Of a stretch of DNA of 64,000 nt, positions 58,505-64,000 are shown one piece after another (within the stretch, counting starts at the first letter, position 1; the number at the start of each line of letters is the position of its first letter). The position numbers and the translations under genes were made by a program. Source of the DNA: the human T2T-CHM13v2.0 reference genome, Homo sapiens; NCBI RefSeq assembly GCF_009914755.1, contig NC_060927.1. One strand, given 5' to 3'. The notes beneath the pieces were generated by a model. The model was not told the origin of the DNA and ran no database searches. It was given only the letters and a program-made list of their open reading frames with translations.

Positions 58505-60770
58505 TTTTTTTTAGACAGCTTGAGATAAAACTGACATACTATAAACTACATAAATTTAAAGTGTGTCATTTTATTTTCTGCCATATGATGTAGTAAAACC
58601 ACCATCACAATTAAGATATCCATCAGCAGCCATAAAAAAGAATGAGATCATGTTTTTTTGCAAGAACATGAAGGGAACTGGAGGCTATCATCCTTAGTAA
58701 ACTAACGCAGAAACAAAAGCAAATACCACATTCTCACTTATAAGTGGGAGCTAAATGATAAGAACTTATTAACACAAAGAAGGAAACAACAGACACTGGG
58801 GTCTGGATGGTAGGAGGGAGGGGAAGGTGGTAGGAGGGAGAAAAGCAGAAAAGATAACTATTGTGTACTGGGCTTAATACCTGGGTGATGTAATAACATG
58901 TATAACAAACCTCCTGTGACACGTGTTTACCTATGTAACAAACCTTCACGTGTACCCTCAAAGCTAAAAATTTTTCAAAAAACATATTCATCACCCCTAA
59001 AGTTTCCTCATAGCCCTTTTCATAACTCTCTCCTCCCAGATAAGCACTTATTTATAGTTTGCATATTCTAGAATTTTATATAAATGGAATTATGGAATAT
59101 ATACTCTTTTAGCCTGGCTTCACTCAACATAGTAATTTTGGGATTCATCCATGCTGTTGCATGTATCAATAGTTCTTACCCTTTTATTGTTGAGTAGTAT
59201 TCTACTGTATGGATATAGCACTATTTGTTTATCCATTCACCTATTGATAGACATTTGGGTTGTTTCCTATGAACACTCATCAACAAGTTTCTGTGTGGAC
59301 ACATGCTTTGGCTTCTCTTAAATATCTAGGAGTGGACTGGCTGGATCATATGTTAGATATATGTTTAATTTCTAAGAAACTGCCAAACTTTTTTTCCAAA
59401 GTGTTCAAATTATTTTACATTCCCATCAGTTAATTGTGAAATCCTTCACATCCCAACATTTATTAATTTTGAATTTTAGCCATTCTAATGGGTATGCAGT
59501 GGTATTTTGTCATGGTTTTAATTTTCACTTTCCTAATCATTACTGATAAGCATCTTTCTATATTCTTATTTGATATTCATATTTGATATCCACTTATTTG
59601 GTGAAGTGTCTGTTCAAATATTTTGCCCATTTTTCAACTTGATATTTAAAAATTTATACTGTCTTAAGTTCTTTATACATTCTAATACAAGTCCTTTATC
59701 GGGTACATGTTTTACAAATATTTTCTCTCAGTCTGTTGGTTGCTTCTTCATTTTTAATAAGTGTTTTTTGAAGAACTGAAGTTTTAAATTTTGATGAAGT
59801 CCACTTTACTCATTTTTTTCTAGTTTATATTTTTTGTGTTGTATTTTTAAAATCTTTCCCAATCCAAAATCCCTAAGATTTTCTCTTACGTTTCCTTTCA
59901 GAGGTTTTGTAGTTTTAGTTTATACATTAAGATCTGTGATTCATTTCAAGTCAATTTTGTATACTGTATGAGGTAAAGGTTGAGGTTCATTTTTTAAAAA
60001 CATGACTCTCTCATTGTTTCAGCACTATTTATTGAAAAGAGTATTCTTTCCCCACTGAATTTCTCTGATATCTTTGCAAAACACTATCTCTATGTGTGAA
60101 TTTGTTTCTAGACTCTATTCTGTTTCAGTGATCTATTTGTCACCTTTACACCACACCTCTTAGAATACTATTCCTTTATGTTTTGAAATTGAATAGTACC
60201 AACTTGGTTTTCCTTTCTCAATACTGTTTTGGGTACTTTAGAGTCTTCAAATTTCCATGTAAACTTTAGAATCAGCTTCAATTAAATATTTTAAAAAAGC
60301 ATGCTTGGGTTTTTACTTTAATTACATAAAATCTATACATCAATTTGGGGAGAAGTGATATCTTAAGTCTTACATTTATGGATCTGGTTTATCTCTCACT
60401 TATACTGATCTTTAATTTCTCTCAGCAATATTTTGTAGTTTTCAGTGTATGGGTCTTACATATTTTTCAAATTTATCCCTAAATTGTTCATATTTTTTTG
60501 ATGCTACTCTAGTACTGATTTTAAATTTAATTTCAAATTGTTCATTGCTGGCACATAAAAATACAATTGATCTTGTATCCTGCAACCTTGCTAAGCTTTC
60601 TTATTAACTCTAGCAGCATTTTTGTAGATTCCATAGGATCTTCTACAAGAGTTATCATGTCATCTGTGAACAAAACAGTTTTACTTCTTTCCTTTCCAAT
60701 GTGGCTGGCTTTTATTTCTTCTTGCCTTACTGCACTTGTTAGAACGTCTAGCACATTGTTAAACAGAAAT
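58505..60770 (-). mobile_element. L1MB/MC 3' portion
   Basis: ORF2 RT remnant LFTDDMITLVEDPMESTKMLLELIRKLSKVAGYKIN plus 3'UTR. Confidence 0.88.
58626..58982 (+). mobile_element. 5'-truncated L1PA/PB 3' end nested in the older L1
   Basis: gcagccataaaaaagaatgagatcatg...ttctcacttataagtgggagctaaatgat; TSD atatYcatca. Confidence 0.88.
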
Positions 60771-61571
60771 AACTATCATTATTTGCTGGATAACATTCAT
60801 ACATTCTCCAGCATATGCAGAGACAAAAAAACAAATATCTAAGAAGAATTTTAAAATAATGGGATAATATTACAAAAACTATTTTAAAATATTATGCATT
60901 GAATTTAGGATTACATGATTTTAATGGAAAGAAATTAACAAGTGAAACCAAAACTGATTAGGCAAATATTTCTTTACTTCAAGAAATATTATTCCTAAGT
61001 AATCTAAAATTTAGGAAATAGGATATGAAAAATGCAGAGTTTGGAATTCATATTGTCAAGATTACTAACACATTCTGATCTATAACCATAATTTCCACGG
61101 TTGTCTTAGTTTTATGTATAGATTCAATGTTCACATCTGTCTACTCTTTTGTTTGAATTCACCTTTTGGTTGACTGGACTTTGCCATTCAAGTTTTTTGT
61201 TTTGTTTTTTAAAGGAGTTCAAGGGTGTTAAACTTCCTAAGTTCTTGCACACTTGAGAATATGACTGTTGCCTTTGCACTAAAAGGACAGCTAGACCACA
61301 TTAGAGATTCTCGGGGCATACTTTCTTTCCCTCAGAACTTTGTAAATGATATTCTATGATCCCCTGGCAACGAAAATCACCGTGGAAAGGCTGGAGATAG
61401 CCTAAAATTTTTCTCTTCATACATAATTTTCTATTTCTTTTGAGTGCCTCCAAAAATTAACTTTTTTCATCCTTAGGGTGTAGTAACTTAACCAGCATAT
61501 GTGTTGGTGTTGATTGTTTTGCATGGTTTTTCTGAGATCTTCTATGTCCTATTCATCTGCTGACACAGATC

Positions 61572-61640
61572 TTTTTTTTTTTTTTTTTAGAGATAGGGTC
61601 TTGCTCTGTTTCCCAGGCTAGAATAAAGTGGTACAACCAG
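61572..61640 (-). mobile_element. Truncated Alu 3' end
   Basis: Poly-T followed by agagatagggtcttgctctgtttcccaggcta, then homology ends. Confidence 0.75.
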
Positions 61641-63240
61641 AAAATTTTCCCTTTTATTTATAAATATCTTAATATTGTCTTTAATCCATTTGTTCTGTTC
61701 TCTTTTTTCAGGAACACTAATTTATATCTATTTTCTTTTTCATATGTATTATCTTCTTCATAATAATTTTTAGATCATTCTTTTTCTATTTTGCCTTGTG
61801 TGATTCCCTCAAGCTTATCTACCATGCATTCAGTCAATTTAACAAATATTTGTTAGAGTGAGTGTTAGGCACAATTCCTAGCACTAGAAATATAGTTGCA
61901 AACTATAAAGCGACAAAATTTCAGCCTTCTCAAATTCAGAGACAAAAACAACAAAAAACAAGAACTTACGAGGAAGTAAGAAAAGGAAGAAGAGAAAGTT
62001 ACTGTTTAATGGGTACAGAGTTCATGTTGGGGATGAAAAAGTTTTGGCACAGATAGTGGTAATGGCTACAGAACATTGTGAATTTATTTATTGCCACTGA
62101 AATGTACACTTACAAATGGTTAAAAATAAAAAGGTAAATATTATATATATTTTACCATAATAAAAATAAAAATTTTTTAAAGGGTTTAGGAAGAGGAAGA
62201 AGCTAAGGGTAGTAGGAGACACTGAACTATGAATTTAGTAGCAATTAAAACAGAAAGACTTAGGGAAAAAAACCTAAAAGCCCAAAAAACAACAAAACAA
62301 AAAACTTCAGGCTTCACAATACTTAAGTTCTAGTGGACTACAATATCCCTGAGTTTGTCTGTTTATTAATGATTTTACATTTGTTTCTTTCATTTTTGTA
62401 ATTTTTTTGCTTTATTTTTCTGAGTTCACTTAACTCACTTTTCTTCTCTTTTTCTTTTTCTTCTTTGAGCACTTTGTCTCAATCTCAGTCTTTCTCCCTG
62501 TAAGAGATCCTACTATCTTTAATTTCCTTGAGACTATGGAATACTGTTTTAAGTTTTTCTGAAGTTCTTTGAGTAATTTGTCTTGTGATATTTATTCTGG
62601 ACCTACCTTTGTTCTTGTTGTCTGTTTATTTTAATGCTATGCAAAATCTCTCCTATAAATTGTTTTCTTCCTGTGACTTTTGTGATGTCACTCTCCTAAT
62701 TTTAATCTTCTGTTCTTTCCTTAAAAAGTTGTTACTCCCCAGCAATTCACCTTTCACTGCATTCACACACTCTACCTTCTTGGTGAATATACCACTTACT
62801 TATATGCTGGTAACAGATCACTTACTTTCAATCAGATTGTCTCCAGTGTCTACAACAGTGCCAGATCTATACAAAAAGCTCAATAAAAACATGTTCAGAG
62901 AATAATTCCCGAGTCTACATTTCCATCTTTCATCTTGTTCCTGTACTCCAGACAGTCTAACTCAGCAGGTCTAAATCTTAACTCACAGGCTCTCCTATTA
63001 CCTTGCCTAACTCAAAAAACATTAACAATATGAAATAAAACAAATCTATTCTTCCTCTAGTAGCTCCCATCTGGAAGAATTATGCTAACATTTGTTAAAT
63101 TATGAAGACAGAACCTGAACATCATCCTTGACTCCTTCCATTCACTCCCGTTTCATTTTTATGTTCTGTGTGGCTACATAATGGTCTCATAGTTGAGTTT
63201 AATATCAGGAGGTGGTCATGAATTCTTGGCACTCTCTAGC

Positions 63241-63430
63241 TCAATGGCTCTTAACTGGAGGTAATACCCACCAAACTCCCATCCAGGAAATTTGGAAATG
63301 TGCCAGGCCTTCTGGTGGTCAAAATTAATGGGGCACCACAGACATTTAGTGGTTGGGGACCAGGAAGGCTAAATGCTGAATAACTATATCAGAAGACACA
63401 TTAAAAACTGTCTAGCCTAAATGCCAAAAA
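63241..63430. mobile_element. MER20/MER5-like DNA transposon remnant
   Basis: caatggctcttaactgg...atttggaaatgt...catttagtgg...ccagga. Confidence 0.5.
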
Positions 63431-64000
63431 TGCCAAAATATCATAGAAACGATGCATCTAGCTATTTTTTAAGCCACAAGATGGCAATAAACTCCAAGAA
63501 AGTCCTGAAAGATGTGGTTAAAAAGAAACATGTAGTTTCCAAATATCTAAACAGGAAAAAAAAAATACTTCTTTAAAAATTGAAAATGATGAGAAACACT
63601 TTCGAATGAACCAATGTATTCCAATTTTTATTTGTAATGGAGATAATGGGTAATTCTTTCCAAATAGATTACCAAAGTGGCACAAACTTTCCTACACTAC
63701 TGCCAGAAACCTCATTCTGCTAAAAAGAACATATCTAATAAATTCTTCATTTTTTAGTTATTTCATCTTTTAGAAGGTCAAGTAAACAACAGTGGCAATA
63801 GCATGCTATATAATCTTTGTCCTGTAAAGACAGCCAGCCAAATAGCTCTGGTGCCAGTTGAAGAATTAGGTCAGACATCAAACAAATACCTTTTAAAAAA
63901 ACTAGAAACAAGTGGTGGCCCATAAAACAGTAAACTTCATTTTCTTGAGTGGCTTATGAATTAGCTCCTAAGGCAATTTAAAAATGTTCTAAGGAACCGA

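Overview
Repeat-rich primate (almost certainly human, 3q21) genomic DNA, not a prokaryotic locus. The minus strand carries the last four coding exons and 3'UTR of CCDC14 (55878-55796, 53642-53424, 53350-53218, 37826-36887). All junctions are GT-AG and phase-compatible when joined by hand. About 29 kb further downstream on the same strand is a CpG-island promoter with a non-coding first exon (donor at 6334). I identify it as MYLK from recalled sequence and the known CCDC14-MYLK gene order; bases 1-6334 are then MYLK intron 1. The rest is mostly transposon-derived: about 18 Alus, a full-length THE1 element nested in an older THE1D, a near full-length old L1, L2/MIR fragments and MER30/MER5 elements. 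Nearly all other listed ORFs are repeat or GC-content artefacts. I found no convincing new biological system. The best leads are RNA-processing features of CCDC14: a candidate stop-containing 24-nt microexon, a distal alternative last exon that swaps the C-terminus, an Alu-bracketed 435-nt stop-free potential circRNA, and an intronic 23-bp hairpin. Repeat subfamily names are from recall of consensus sequences and their boundaries are approximate.
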